Positions 17,922 through 28,248 of a stretch of DNA of 64,000 bases are shown here, piece by piece. Numbering within the stretch: the stretch's first letter is position 1; every line of letters starts with the position of its first letter. Source of the DNA: an uncultured Gammaproteobacteria bacterium (lineage in GTDB: Bacteria > Patescibacteriota > Patescibacteriia > PEXW01); assembly GCA_964486505.1 (NCBI GenBank), contig CAZAMC010000001.1, positions 106,133-170,132 on the forward strand, given 5' to 3'. The position numbers and the translations under genes are program-made. The notes under the pieces are model-generated. The model ran no database searches and was not told the DNA's origin. It was given only the letters and a program-made list of their open reading frames with translations.

Positions 17922-19369
17922 TGGGCAGGCCGCAAGGTTGGGAACAGAATGACTTCTTTAAGGCTGTGGCTGCCAGTGACTATTGCTGCTAAGCGATCAA
18001 TGCCAATTCCCGCTCCGGCGGTTGGGGGCATGCCGTATTCCATGGCTTCGACAAAGGTCGGGTCAGAGCCCTCGGCTTCTTCATCCCCCTTCGCTCGCAG
18101 TGCTTCCTGCTCAGCAAAGCGTTGAGCTTGATCTAGGGGGTCGTTGAGTTCGGTAAACGCTTTCACAACTTCTGCCCCGGCAATAACAAGTTGGAACATT
18201 TCTACAACCCGGGGGTCGGTGGCTTTTCGTTTTGCCAATGGCGAAAGCTCTACTGGGTAGTCCATAACAAATGTTGGCCGGTGGACGGTTGGCCGGACAG
18301 TGCTCTTCCAAAGCGTATCAATGAGTTTGCCGCGGCCCACATGGGCATCTACCTTTGCTCCGCACTTTTTCACGGCAGCCTTGAGTTCGGCCATCGTTGC
18401 CTCCAGCACGTGTACACCGGTTGCTTCTTGAATCGCGCTCACGTAGGAAAGTCGTGGAAACGGCGGCGTGAAGTCCAGGAGCTTCCCATCAACTTCAATC
18501 CTGAGCGAGCCCCGCACGCGCTCCACAGCGCGGGTCACCAGCTGCTCGCAAAAGTCCATCATGCGCGCGTAGTCCCAGTAGGCAGCGTAAAATTCAATCT
18601 GTGTAAATTCTGGATTGTGCTGAGTATCAATCCCTTCGTTTCGGAAGCACCGGGCAACTTCGTAGACGCGTTCAATACCGCCAATAATGAGCCGTTTGAG
18701 GTACAACTCGGGTGCGACACGGAGGTACAGGTCGGTATCTAGAACATTGTGGTGCGTCACGAATGGCTTAGCGGCCGCCCCTCCGGCGATACTCTGCAGA
18801 ATTGGAGTTTCCACTTCCAAAAAACCAGCTTCCTCAAATCCTGCGCGCAGTGACTGGAGCAACGTTGAGCGCTGCTTCGCCACCGCAGTTGCTTGGGGGT
18901 TTGCGAGCAGGTCTAACTCACGCTGACGGTACCGCTGCTCGGTATCCGTGAGTCCGTGGACAGGGTCGGGTAACGGGCGTAAGGCCTTTGCTAGTAGGGC
19001 TACCGCACTCGCTTTCAGGCTTGGTTCCCCGGCCTTTGTGGTGAACCGTTCCCCTGTTACCTGTAAGATATCGCCAATGTCGAGTCGGACAATGAGTTCG
19101 TAGACAGACTCACCAAGTTCTGCGCGTGAGCAAAAAATTTGGAAACGCGCGGATGCATCTTCCAGGTCGAGGAATGTTGAACCGCCATGCCGTCGAAGAC
19201 CTCGAATGCGTCCAACCACTGTGTACTGGGCACTCCCCTCTCCGCTTGCTACCTGGGCAAGCGTGTGGGTGCGATGGACTTCGCTGGGGTAGGGTTGAAC
19301 CCCTTGCGTCCGGAGTTCTTCCAGACGCTGTAATCGGACGGAACGTTCATCATTAATATCTACGGGCAT
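17918..19369 (-). CDS. lysS: Lysine--tRNA ligase (class II)
   Basis: OB-fold, YRQR..DL, GGA.A.PF, YLR.APELYLKRL, FRNEG, HNPEF, GMPP..G.GIGIDRL. Confidence 0.97.
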   Translation of the reverse strand: MPVDINDERSVRLQRLEELRTQGVQPYPSEVHRTHTLAQVASGEGSAQYTVVGRIRGLRRHGGSTFLDLEDASARFQIFCSRAELGESVYELIVRLDIGDILQVTGERFTTKAGEPSLKASAVALLAKALRPLPDPVHGLTDTEQRYRQRELDLLANPQATAVAKQRSTLLQSLRAGFEEAGFLEVETPILQSIAGGAAAKPFVTHHNVLDTDLYLRVAPELYLKRLIIGGIERVYEVARCFRNEGIDTQHNPEFTQIEFYAAYWDYARMMDFCEQLVTRAVERVRGSLRIEVDGKLLDFTPPFPRLSYVSAIQEATGVHVLEATMAELKAAVKKCGAKVDAHVGRGKLIDTLWKSTVRPTVHRPTFVMDYPVELSPLAKRKATDPRVVEMFQLVIAGAEVVKAFTELNDPLDQAQRFAEQEALRAKGDEEAEGSDPTFVEAMEYGMPPTAGAGIGIDRLAAIVTGSHSLKEVILFPTLRPAQ

Positions 19370-19375
19370 ACTGTG

Positions 19376-19404
19376 TTTGTACCATGTTTTGTGCTCCTGG
19401 GCAA
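19376..19404 (-). promoter_or_regulatory. Promoter of lysS (probably leaderless)
   Basis: TTGCCC-N17-TACAAA-N6-ATG, with extended TG. Confidence 0.55.
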
Positions 19405-19405
19405 C

Positions 19406-19432
19406 AAAAAACGCCCCTTTTACAGGGCGTTT
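19406..19432 (-). terminator. Rho-independent terminator of greA
   Basis: AAACGCCC/GGGCGTTT stem followed by a U-tract on the minus strand, just after the greA stop. Confidence 0.8.
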
Positions 19433-19442
19433 GGTGCTTCAC

Positions 19443-19901
19443 CTAGGAAATTTTTTCAATGCGGGCTTCTAGCTCGCCTCGGGGGGTTCGAATGCTTGTG
19501 GTGTCCCCTACCCGACGGCCTAGGAAGGCCTGGCCCAGGGGTGAGGCGTTTGAGATTCGGCCTTCCGCTGGATTTGCTTCGTTTGAGCCAACAATAGTGT
19601 AGGTAACCTCCTGCTTGTCCATTTTCACCGTTACTGTAGAACCAACCTGCACGACGCCAGACGCTGTGTGGGTAATGAGCTCAGCATTCTTCAGCATGAC
19701 TTCCAGTTCAACAATACGGCCTTCAACAAAAGACTGCTCGTTCTTCGCTTCTTGGTACTCGGCATTTTCCGAAAGATCGCCAAGCTCTTTCGCCTCCTGG
19801 ATCCGGTCCGCAAGTTCTTTCCGCTTGACGGTTTTTAATCTATGCAATTCGGCTTGGAGTTTTTCAAAGCCTTCGGCAGTGACGTACTGGGGTGTTCCCA
19901 T
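19443..19901 (-). CDS. greA: Transcription elongation factor GreA
   Basis: GDLSENAEY, IVGS.EA.P..G.IS..SPLG. Confidence 0.95.
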   Translation of the reverse strand: MGTPQYVTAEGFEKLQAELHRLKTVKRKELADRIQEAKELGDLSENAEYQEAKNEQSFVEGRIVELEVMLKNAELITHTASGVVQVGSTVTVKMDKQEVTYTIVGSNEANPAEGRISNASPLGQAFLGRRVGDTTSIRTPRGELEARIEKIS

Positions 19902-19934
19902 AAGAACCACAAAAAAATGTGAAACGTGGTTGAA

Positions 19935-19963
19935 AGGATACGGCTTGGACTGCGGGCTGTCAA
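19935..19963 (-). promoter_or_regulatory. Promoter of greA
   Basis: TTGACA-N17-TATCCT. Confidence 0.65.
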
Positions 19964-19979
19964 CCCAGGAAAAAATCCG

Positions 19980-21929
19980 CTATTCTTGGCCCTTTTTACC
20001 CTGGGTAAGCCAGTAGCGCATCCCGTCCTCGGCCACGGGTAGGGCGGCCGCATGCCCTTCACCACCGCCTTCTACAATCACCGCAATGGCAATAGTTGGA
20101 TTTTCATAGGGCGCAAACCCTATGAACCAGGCGTGGGTTTTGTTGCTCGTGCCAAATTGAGCAGTGCCTGTTTTGCCAGCAACTGGTGTGCCCAACCCCT
20201 GCAAGCGCCGTGCGCTTCCATTCGTTACTGCTTGGCGCATGCCTTGACGTACCGTGTCCAAAACTTCTTGGTGCTGGACTGGCGTGCGAATAACTTCCGC
20301 CTTCTGCTCATGCTTCATCCCGTCGGCAGTTTCAAACGCCTGAACGATATGCGGCTTGTACAACGTTCCACGATTGGCAATGGCTGAGGTCGAGAGTGCC
20401 ATTTGCAAAGGGGTCACGAGAAGGTCGCCTTGGCCAATGGCAAAATGGTAGGTATCGCCAACGTACCACGGCTCTTTTTTCGTTTCCTCCTTCCAAGCTT
20501 TTGAGGGTAAGAATCCCCCTCGTTCACCCGGCAAATCAATGCCGGTTGGCGCGCCCAGACCAAACGCTCGAGCATACTGTGTCATCCGGTCGATGCCCAA
20601 GCCATCAAAAGTATCGGTCCCGCCCCCAATAGTGTAGAAAAAAGTATTTACCGAATCGGCGATGGCTTTCGCAACGTCGGTTGAACCGTGTCCGCCAGCT
20701 TTCCAGTCTGGGAAGAACCACTTATCAATGCGAATGCCGCCAGTACTCATGATTGTGGTCTGCGGACTAATGACCCCTTGATCGAGCGCCGCGGATGCAA
20801 TGACTGGTTTAATCGTGGAGCCGGATGGGTACTCGCCCGCAATGGCGCGGAAGAACAACGGCCGTTGAGGATCTTCCAGAAGCATTTTGTACTTTTCCGC
20901 ATCCAAACCAGAAACAAAGTCGTTGCTATTAAAAGTCGGTGCGGTAACCAGTGCCAGAACCCCGCCGGTCTGGGGGTCAATGGCTACCGCTGCCCCGCCC
21001 GTTGAGTGCACAGCGCGCACCATGCTCTTCAATGAGTCGGCGAGTTTTTCCTGAAGCCCAAGGTCAAGAGTTGTGTGCAAATTTTGGCCAGGCACTGCCG
21101 CTTCCGAAGCAACAACCTTTTGCTCACGACGCTGGGCATTTACTTCCACTGACGTTCGCTCGCTCTGCCCTCGAAGTTGGCTCTCATACTCTGCTTCTAG
21201 TCCAGTCTTGCCGATGACATCGTTGAAACGGTACTCGCTGGACTGTGTCCCCCGTAATTCTTGCCACTCGGTATCCGAGAGCTTGCCGGTATACCCAAGC
21301 ACGGGGCTTAAGCTAGAACTTACCGTGTACTGCCGCCGGGGCATTGCTTCGACCCGAGCGGCGGCAGACTCGTGAAGCCGGACACGAAAACGCATGGCGT
21401 CTTCGTACGAAACGTGCTCGCGCACTGGAATTGCATCGGTGCTTGTGTGCTCCACTTGAGCGAGCGCTTTCTCTATGTCGGCAACGGGCGTATTAATGAT
21501 TTCACTTATCTTTTGAAGCTCCCGAGTTTTTTCCGCTTCATCTCGGCTAAGGTCCGCGGGTATAATGCCCACGAGAAATTCTGCGACATTTGCAACCAGC
21601 GCTTTGCCCAACCGGTCGTAAATGATGCCTCGGGGTGCAGCATAGGAGTACTGCCGGACCCGATTTTCCTCAGCGCTTGTCCGCATTGCATTGCCCTGGA
21701 GGATCTGAAGCCAGCCCGCGCGGCCAAAGAGAATAATTGCTAGTACGGTAAAAGCAATGGCCGCCACGCGGAGGCGATTTGGTTGTACCTGGTGCTTCAG
21801 GGTTGGAGACTCTGAATCTTGGGCATCCAGCGTAGCATCTGCGTACTCAAAGCTCTGGAAACGCCGGAGAATTCGGGAGCGTCCAAGGCCAGCAGGTGGA
21901 ACGATGTCGAAAGGATTAGCGCGAGGCAT
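19980..21929 (-). CDS. mrdA: Penicillin-binding protein 2
   Basis: APRG.IYDR, STIK (SxxK), SVN (SxN), KTG motifs; downstream of mreBCD. Confidence 0.93.
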   Translation of the reverse strand: MPRANPFDIVPPAGLGRSRILRRFQSFEYADATLDAQDSESPTLKHQVQPNRLRVAAIAFTVLAIILFGRAGWLQILQGNAMRTSAEENRVRQYSYAAPRGIIYDRLGKALVANVAEFLVGIIPADLSRDEAEKTRELQKISEIINTPVADIEKALAQVEHTSTDAIPVREHVSYEDAMRFRVRLHESAAARVEAMPRRQYTVSSSLSPVLGYTGKLSDTEWQELRGTQSSEYRFNDVIGKTGLEAEYESQLRGQSERTSVEVNAQRREQKVVASEAAVPGQNLHTTLDLGLQEKLADSLKSMVRAVHSTGGAAVAIDPQTGGVLALVTAPTFNSNDFVSGLDAEKYKMLLEDPQRPLFFRAIAGEYPSGSTIKPVIASAALDQGVISPQTTIMSTGGIRIDKWFFPDWKAGGHGSTDVAKAIADSVNTFFYTIGGGTDTFDGLGIDRMTQYARAFGLGAPTGIDLPGERGGFLPSKAWKEETKKEPWYVGDTYHFAIGQGDLLVTPLQMALSTSAIANRGTLYKPHIVQAFETADGMKHEQKAEVIRTPVQHQEVLDTVRQGMRQAVTNGSARRLQGLGTPVAGKTGTAQFGTSNKTHAWFIGFAPYENPTIAIAVIVEGGGEGHAAALPVAEDGMRYWLTQGKKGQE

Positions 21930-22437
21930 AGATGAATCGTCGGGAGACAGACCGCAGTATAGCCCGAATAGTTATACCCAGGGCAATGGTCACTGTGCAC
22001 TCTAGCATGTAAAGGCGTAAGGATGACCACCCCGCCCACGCTTCGTGTACGTCTGACGACAGAACCCCAGAGGCGTATGCAAAACTCTGGAGGGTAAGGT
22101 GAGCACCATGAGCGACTGCGAGGCCGGCAATGGTTATGCCGATCAGAGACATGCTTGAATGATTCGTTAACCAGCGCCGCTGAATAATGGTCGCCACGCC
22201 AAAACTGCAGAGCACACTTACCGTGGCAAGCGGCAGCTGCTGGGCGTACATGAGGTCTACGAAAACCGCCGCTGGACCAACCGCGTAGGCAACCCAGGTT
22301 TCTTTGCCCAACCAAACAGCGAGAACTGCGCATGCGGGCAAGACCGCTGGGACCCAACCAGCGTCACTTAAGGCCCCAAAGCCAACCTGCCCGGCAAAAA
22401 GGAGTATTGTTCCCACGCTGGCGCTGAGAAAAGCCAT
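21916..22437 (-). CDS. mreD: Rod shape-determining protein MreD-like membrane protein
   Basis: About five TM helices; position between mreC and mrdA. Confidence 0.55.
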   Translation of the reverse strand: MAFLSASVGTILLFAGQVGFGALSDAGWVPAVLPACAVLAVWLGKETWVAYAVGPAAVFVDLMYAQQLPLATVSVLCSFGVATIIQRRWLTNHSSMSLIGITIAGLAVAHGAHLTLQSFAYASGVLSSDVHEAWAGWSSLRLYMLECTVTIALGITIRAILRSVSRRFIYASR

Positions 22438-22439
22438 GC

Positions 22440-23234
22440 TTACTGTAAGATGGTTACCACAGAGAGTTGGTCATAGGCCAGTGACGGTATGACACTGGCG
22501 TTTTGGAATAGCGCTCCCGGCACTTCTTCCAACGTCGCAATGGATCCAATGAGAAGGTTGCTGGGAATGCGGGGGTCAACATCCGCGGTCATAACGAGTT
22601 GACGTTCGGCAATCGTTTCCCCTTTGGGTACCAAGGTGAGTTGCATGCCCACGCCTCGCTCGCCAACCAGCACGCCCGATGGCCCATCCTGGCGCTCAAC
22701 GCGCACAGCAATATCGGTGCCTTCGGCGGTGAGGAGCCGTACTTCGGTCGTGGCGGGGGCCACGGCTGTTACTACCCCAATTAAAATACCCTCATTCGCA
22801 ATCACGGGGGCTCCGGTACGGATCCCCTCTTGCGACCCAACATCCACGAGCAAAACTTGAGCGCTCGTTTGCGCGCGACCAACCACCCGACCAGCCACCC
22901 CTTTCAGGGACCGGCGGTTGAGAAAGTCCGATTCTTGACGCAAGAGCTTAAGTTCAGCGAGCTGCTTATCAAGAGCGGTACGTTCAAGTTCCACGTCGGT
23001 CAGCCGTTGTCGCAGGGTTGCGTTTTCGGCTTCGAGAGTGGCACGGGCAGAACGTTCGGCAAAAATGCCTTTCCACCATTCAACAATGGAGTAGGAAACT
23101 CGGCCAATGGGCGTGAGCACTGGCGCAACAAAACGTTGGGCCGGTTTCAGCAGACCGACGCTGAGTAGCACCGCCGCAAAAATGAAGATGACGATTGCCC
23201 AGCCAACGCGTGAAAGCCGCAGAGTGCGTCCCAT
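22440..23234 (-). CDS. mreC: Rod shape-determining protein MreC
   Basis: TM, coiled coil (L.AEN..LR), D.G...G...G.PV....G.L.G.V, IG. Confidence 0.9.
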   Translation of the reverse strand: MGRTLRLSRVGWAIVIFIFAAVLLSVGLLKPAQRFVAPVLTPIGRVSYSIVEWWKGIFAERSARATLEAENATLRQRLTDVELERTALDKQLAELKLLRQESDFLNRRSLKGVAGRVVGRAQTSAQVLLVDVGSQEGIRTGAPVIANEGILIGVVTAVAPATTEVRLLTAEGTDIAVRVERQDGPSGVLVGERGVGMQLTLVPKGETIAERQLVMTADVDPRIPSNLLIGSIATLEEVPGALFQNASVIPSLAYDQLSVVTILQ

Positions 23235-23235
23235 A

Positions 23236-24300
23236 CTACCGCTTGGCTCCTGTGCCTTCAGCTTCCGTTGAGAGAACGAGAGAGTTGCGTAGAGTATCTA
23301 AATCTTCTAAAACTATGCCCGCGCCCCGCACAACGGCAGTGAGGGGGTCATCGGCCACGTGGACAGCGATTTTCGTTTGGCGCTGTACGAGTTCCGGCAA
23401 CCCACGCAGGAGTGCCCCGCCGCCTGTTAAGAGTATCCCCCGTTGGTGAATGTCTGCGACCAGCTCCGGCGGGGTACTTTCAATAACGCTGCCAATATTC
23501 TCTACGAGCATGCTCAAATTTCGGCTCAGGGCTTCACGGACGTGCTGTCCCATCATCGTTACTTCTTTGGGCAGACCTGTAATGAGGTCACGCCCCCGAA
23601 CTTTTGTCTCCAGAAGGTCATTTTCTTCGGTGGCGCTACCAATGGCAATCTTCGTTTCTTCGGCTGTTCGCTCGCCGATGAGCAAGTTGAAATGTTCCCG
23701 GGCATACTGGGTAATGCTTGAATCAAAAGCATTCCCGGCGGTGCGTAGACTTCGCCACGTTACCACCCCGCCAAGCGAAATAACGGCAATGTCGGTTGTC
23801 CCGCCGCCAATATCTACAACCAGGTTCCCTGCGGCATCTTGGATTGGTAGTCGAGCACCAATTGCTGCCGCCATTGGCTGTTCAATTAAGTACACTTCTC
23901 GGGCGCCCGCATGCAGCGTAGCGTCTTCTACAGCTTTCCGTTCTACTTCAGTTACGCCAAGGGGGATGCCAATGACAACCCGCGGGCGTGGGATAAAGGT
24001 AAAACCTTCCCGGTGTACTTTGTCCACGAAGTAGCGAAGCATTTTTTCTGTTACTTCAAAGTCAGAAATGACGCCGTCGACTAAGGGCTTAGCGGCAATA
24101 ATGTGGCTTGGCGTTTTCCCGACCATCTTCCGCGCTTCGGCGCCCACGGCTAGAATCTGCTCGGTTCGGGTGTTTACCGCAACGACTGACGGCTCATTGA
24201 TCATGATGCCCTTCCCTTTCACGTACACAAGGGTACTCGAAGTCCCCAGGTCTATGCCGAGGTCTCGGGAAAAACGGCCGAGAATACGATCGAATATCAT
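23236..24300 (-). CDS. mreB: Rod shape-determining protein MreB (elongasome copy)
   Basis: GIDLGT, EPSVVA, DIGGGTT, LTGGGALL. Confidence 0.95.
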   Translation of the reverse strand: MIFDRILGRFSRDLGIDLGTSSTLVYVKGKGIMINEPSVVAVNTRTEQILAVGAEARKMVGKTPSHIIAAKPLVDGVISDFEVTEKMLRYFVDKVHREGFTFIPRPRVVIGIPLGVTEVERKAVEDATLHAGAREVYLIEQPMAAAIGARLPIQDAAGNLVVDIGGGTTDIAVISLGGVVTWRSLRTAGNAFDSSITQYAREHFNLLIGERTAEETKIAIGSATEENDLLETKVRGRDLITGLPKEVTMMGQHVREALSRNLSMLVENIGSVIESTPPELVADIHQRGILLTGGGALLRGLPELVQRQTKIAVHVADDPLTAVVRGAGIVLEDLDTLRNSLVLSTEAEGTGAKR

Positions 24301-25523
24301 AGGTCGTGAATAATCTTTCGGGCGGCAGCCTCTGGTACAACTTGAACGTTACCGGTTCCTCGTTCAGTTATCTCAACGTTATCACCATGCCGAGCGCTGA
24401 AGACCACCCGCACGGGCATGCCCAGAAGGTCAGCGTCCTTCAGTTTAAAGCCCGGGCTAACTTCACGGTCGTCAAATAGCACAGTATCAGCAAATTCGTC
24501 TGCAAATTTTTCCGCACGCGCTTGGAGCTGGGCATCGGCCTTGCCAGCCACCAGGAGGTGCGCTGAAAACGGCGCGACGCTCGCCGGCCACACCAAGCCC
24601 CGCTCATCTGCGTGAACTTCTGCAATGGCACCGACGAGTCGGGAAACCCCAATGCCGTAGCTCGCTACGAATAACGGTTGACGCTGCCCTTTCGCATCCG
24701 TAAAGGTGCAGCGCATGTCTGTACCGTAGTACGAGCCAAAGTTAAAGGTATTTCCAACTTCGATACTCTTCTCCACGGCTGCGGGCTTTGAGCAGGCTGG
24801 GCAGATGGTTTCGGCGCCAAGTTCAACGTTCTGGGCAAAGCCACAGTGCGAGCAATGCAGTATTCGGTCTTCGCCCGCCTCGCTGAGCACCTGAAATTCA
24901 TGGCTATGGCGTTTGGTAAATGTCCCGCCCGATGCTTCGGTTTTTAAGGCTTGGAGTTTGCACCGTTCAAAGATTTTTTGGTAGGCCACATGCACAGCAC
25001 TGTAGTATGTGTCGAGATCTGCAGCAGAGCCGTGAAAGCTGTAAAGATCTTTCATGAGAAATTCTCGTCCGCGCATGACGCCTGACTTTGCCCGTGGCTC
25101 ATTTCGGAACTTCCATTGAATTTGGAAGAGCCGAAGCGGGATGTCACGGTAGGTGGGTTGACTTCGCCGCACGAGGTCGACAATGACTTCCTCGTGGGTT
25201 GTGGCGAGGCCAACGGCATGGTGGTGACCATCATCAAACTGGTACATGATTTCTCGGAGAGTATTCCAACGACCGGTTTCATCCCAAAGGCCTTTGGGTT
25301 GGAGGGCCGGCATAAGAACTTCACTGGCGCCTATACGCGTGTGCTCTTCTCGGATAATGCGAGAAATGTTTTCTAAGACTCGGTGGCCAAGGGGTAGCCA
25401 GCTGTAAACACCGGCATGCAGTTTGTCTACAAATCCCGCTTGCTGCAAAAGCTTGCCATTCCGGGAGACCTCGTCGGCGGGAGCAGCGTTCTGCGTGGGA
25501 ATGAAGAGTGATCGGAAGCGCAT
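24297..25523 (-). CDS. proS: Proline--tRNA ligase (short form, no editing insert)
   Basis: THEE, KFRNE.R.K.G..R.REF.MKD.YSF, IEVG, YGIG.SR. Confidence 0.93.
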   Translation of the reverse strand: MRFRSLFIPTQNAAPADEVSRNGKLLQQAGFVDKLHAGVYSWLPLGHRVLENISRIIREEHTRIGASEVLMPALQPKGLWDETGRWNTLREIMYQFDDGHHHAVGLATTHEEVIVDLVRRSQPTYRDIPLRLFQIQWKFRNEPRAKSGVMRGREFLMKDLYSFHGSAADLDTYYSAVHVAYQKIFERCKLQALKTEASGGTFTKRHSHEFQVLSEAGEDRILHCSHCGFAQNVELGAETICPACSKPAAVEKSIEVGNTFNFGSYYGTDMRCTFTDAKGQRQPLFVASYGIGVSRLVGAIAEVHADERGLVWPASVAPFSAHLLVAGKADAQLQARAEKFADEFADTVLFDDREVSPGFKLKDADLLGMPVRVVFSARHGDNVEITERGTGNVQVVPEAAARKIIHDL

Positions 25524-25528
25524 AGATT

Positions 25529-26629
25529 TTAGAATAGTCGGTCCCAGAGCGCCCGGACGGCGTCTAGGCGGAGGACATCCCGCAAAGTAATAAGCGCAAC
25601 GAGAGCGAGCAAAGCAGCAAACCCGGCGCTGTGAATTTTTGCTTCAGTAACGCGACGCAACGGCTTGCCTCGCAACCGCTCTATCGCTAGGAAGAGCACG
25701 CGCCCCCCATCGAGGGCGGGTATAGGCAAAATGTTAATGAGGGCCAAATTCAGGGAAAGGAGGGCGGTAAATTGCAAGATGTACGAGAAGCCGAGTTGGG
25801 CTACTTGGCCAGTCAGCACCGCAATGCCTACTGGTCCGGCCACGTCTGCGCTCACCTGCCCATGGGCAACCAGATTAACAATGAGTTGGGCAAAGGCTTG
25901 AATGATTGCCCAAAATGATTCGTACGTTGCGCGGGCACCTTCCACAATCGCTCGGCCTATGCCAAAAGACACTGTGCCAATTTGTGCCAAGCTGACGCCC
26001 AGGCCGGTGTTCTCGGTACCGGGAATAAGTGCGAGCGGTATTGTTTTCTCCTGTACCAGCCCATTACGCTCATACTGAACCCGCACATCTTGTGCGCTGA
26101 CGTTGCGGGTCCGCTGCTGGACTTGGGTGGGTAGTGTAGTTGCTACTCCGTCAATGCTGACTACCACGTCGCCCGGTTGAAGGCCGGCTTTCGCCGCAGC
26201 AGACCCGTCTGCCACGGCAATAACTTGCAGTTCAACATTTCGCACCTTCGCCCCCGCGGGTGCCCCTTCAGTAACATCGGTTGGTAACCCAGAGGCAAAA
26301 CCTATAGCAAAAACGCCAAAAGCCAAAATGATATTCATCACAACGCCGGCAACCAGGATAATGAAGCGGCGCCAAGCATCAGCCCTAACAAAGCTACCCG
26401 CATCCTGCTCTTCTCCGTCTTCACCGTGCAGACGTACAAACCCCCCAACGGGAATCCAGTTAATGCTGTAGGTTGTTTCCTTTCGGCGAATGCCCCATAG
26501 GCGGGGTGGGAAACCAAACCCAAATTCCTTCACTTTTACCCCCAAAAGCCGCGCCGCACAGAAGTGCCCAAACTCATGGACGAAGACCAGCAGGCTCAGG
26601 ACGATGATGAAGATGAGAATTGGTGGCAT
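25529..26629 (-). CDS. rseP: RIP metalloprotease RseP (M50)
   Basis: HEFGH, PDZ domain, N.LP.PALDGG. Confidence 0.93.
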   Translation of the reverse strand: MPPILIFIIVLSLLVFVHEFGHFCAARLLGVKVKEFGFGFPPRLWGIRRKETTYSINWIPVGGFVRLHGEDGEEQDAGSFVRADAWRRFIILVAGVVMNIILAFGVFAIGFASGLPTDVTEGAPAGAKVRNVELQVIAVADGSAAAKAGLQPGDVVVSIDGVATTLPTQVQQRTRNVSAQDVRVQYERNGLVQEKTIPLALIPGTENTGLGVSLAQIGTVSFGIGRAIVEGARATYESFWAIIQAFAQLIVNLVAHGQVSADVAGPVGIAVLTGQVAQLGFSYILQFTALLSLNLALINILPIPALDGGRVLFLAIERLRGKPLRRVTEAKIHSAGFAALLALVALITLRDVLRLDAVRALWDRLF

Positions 26630-26631
26630 GC

Positions 26632-27183
26632 TTAGATATTCGTCAATTCCGCCTCTTTCTGGTCACCAAGTTTTTGAATTCGATCAGTGCAGTCATCAAC
26701 AAATGCTTGCAAGGTTTTAAGTTCCTGGGCCGCAATGTCTTCGGAAAGATCGCCATCGCGTTCACGCTGCTTTACCTGCTTCTGTACATCTTCGCGTACC
26801 CCCCGGACTCCCACCTTAGCCATCTCTAATTTTTCTCCCACAGTTTTCAACATCTCTCGACGACGCTCCTCGGTGAGCGGTGGGAAGTGTAAGCGGATGA
26901 GGGTTCCTTCAACAGTTGGCATAATGCCTAACGGCGATGCCTGGATGGCCTTCTCCACCGCCTTTACCAGGTTTGGGTCCCACGGTTGGATGAGCAGTTG
27001 CGTTGCCTCAGGGGCGGTAATGCTCGCGGCCTGGATGAGGGGTGTGGGGGCACCGTAGGCGTCAATGCGGATTGACTCGACCATGGCAGGATTTGCTCGC
27101 CCCGTGCGAATACTCTGCAGTTCTTGCTGCAGGTGGGCGAGGACTTTTTCGAAATTGGCTTTTTGCTCGGGGGTCAGGGGCAT
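26632..27183 (-). CDS. frr: Ribosome recycling factor
   Basis: IRTGRANP, YG..TPL, PWD, P.LTEERR. Confidence 0.96.
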   Translation of the reverse strand: MPLTPEQKANFEKVLAHLQQELQSIRTGRANPAMVESIRIDAYGAPTPLIQAASITAPEATQLLIQPWDPNLVKAVEKAIQASPLGIMPTVEGTLIRLHFPPLTEERRREMLKTVGEKLEMAKVGVRGVREDVQKQVKQRERDGDLSEDIAAQELKTLQAFVDDCTDRIQKLGDQKEAELTNI

Positions 27184-27192
27184 ACAGAAAGT

Positions 27193-28248
27193 CTACTTGC
27201 GAGGAATGTACGTGCCAATGTACAGCACTGCTGGCCGGCGGGGGTGTGCTAACAGCGTACGTAACTGACGGGCTGAAGGCACATTTTGCAACGTCTGCCA
27301 GGTTTCACCGCCATCTTGCGACCGGTAAAATGTAGAATTTGCGGTAAAGAAGAGTTCTTTCTCGTCAAAGGGGTTTATGGCTACGCTGAGAATCGGTACG
27401 GTGTTCGGGGGGATGACCGTGGGTACCACTTGCCACGAAGCGCCACCATCGCGAGACCGATACAAGCCCGCGTTTGTCGCGGCGTACATCGTTCCAGGAT
27501 TCCGTTCGGTGTAGGTGAAATGGTTGAGCGGTACGGCGCCAGCTTTGCCAAGGGCTTGGCCGATTGAGTCTGACCAGGTAACCCCACGGTCAGTGGAACG
27601 GTACAGTGTTCCACCGACAAGCAAGAACATGATGCTCGGATCATTCTGCAGGATCGTTAAGCGTTCAAGGCCCATACCCGGGAACTGGTAGAGAATGCGC
27701 CACGTAACCCCTTGGTCATCACTTTCCAGGAGTACACCCCCATTTGTCGCGGCGTAGATGTGGCGGCTGTTTGCCGGGTCGAAGCGAACCGCGGTAATCG
27801 TGTTCCCCGGTTGATTCGTGTACACAACATTCCAGGTTTCCCCAGCATCGGCGCTGTACTGCACCGTGTTCGCAACCCCAGCAAACATTAGTTTTGGATC
27901 CTTAGCGTTAATATCAAATCCCTGAATAAAGCCGTTGCTCAATGGGGTGGGCGTCCAGGTCTCTCCATTATTTACGGTTTTCCACAAACCTTGCTCCAAG
28001 GTGCTCATGTACACGGTTGCGCCGTCTTCTGGATGAAGGTAGAAGAAACCAACGTTGGCATTGTTTAAGGTGACTTTTCCGCTTTCTTCATCGCGTACAA
28101 AGACCCGCTGTTCCCACGTTACGCCACGGTCTACTGAAAAAAACATCCCGCCGTCACCAGAAGCCGCTCCCCCACCGCCGGTGTTAATGGAGATGGCACA
28201 ACTGGAGAGAAAAACCACGACTAGCGCAAGACCAAGAATTCTTTTCAT
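27193..28248 (-). CDS. Lipoprotein with BNR/Asp-box beta-propeller (YCF48/VPS10-like)
   Basis: LSSC lipobox; repeated S.D.G.TW Asp-boxes. Confidence 0.85.
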   Translation of the reverse strand: MKRILGLALVVVFLSSCAISINTGGGGAASGDGGMFFSVDRGVTWEQRVFVRDEESGKVTLNNANVGFFYLHPEDGATVYMSTLEQGLWKTVNNGETWTPTPLSNGFIQGFDINAKDPKLMFAGVANTVQYSADAGETWNVVYTNQPGNTITAVRFDPANSRHIYAATNGGVLLESDDQGVTWRILYQFPGMGLERLTILQNDPSIMFLLVGGTLYRSTDRGVTWSDSIGQALGKAGAVPLNHFTYTERNPGTMYAATNAGLYRSRDGGASWQVVPTVIPPNTVPILSVAINPFDEKELFFTANSTFYRSQDGGETWQTLQNVPSARQLRTLLAHPRRPAVLYIGTYIPRK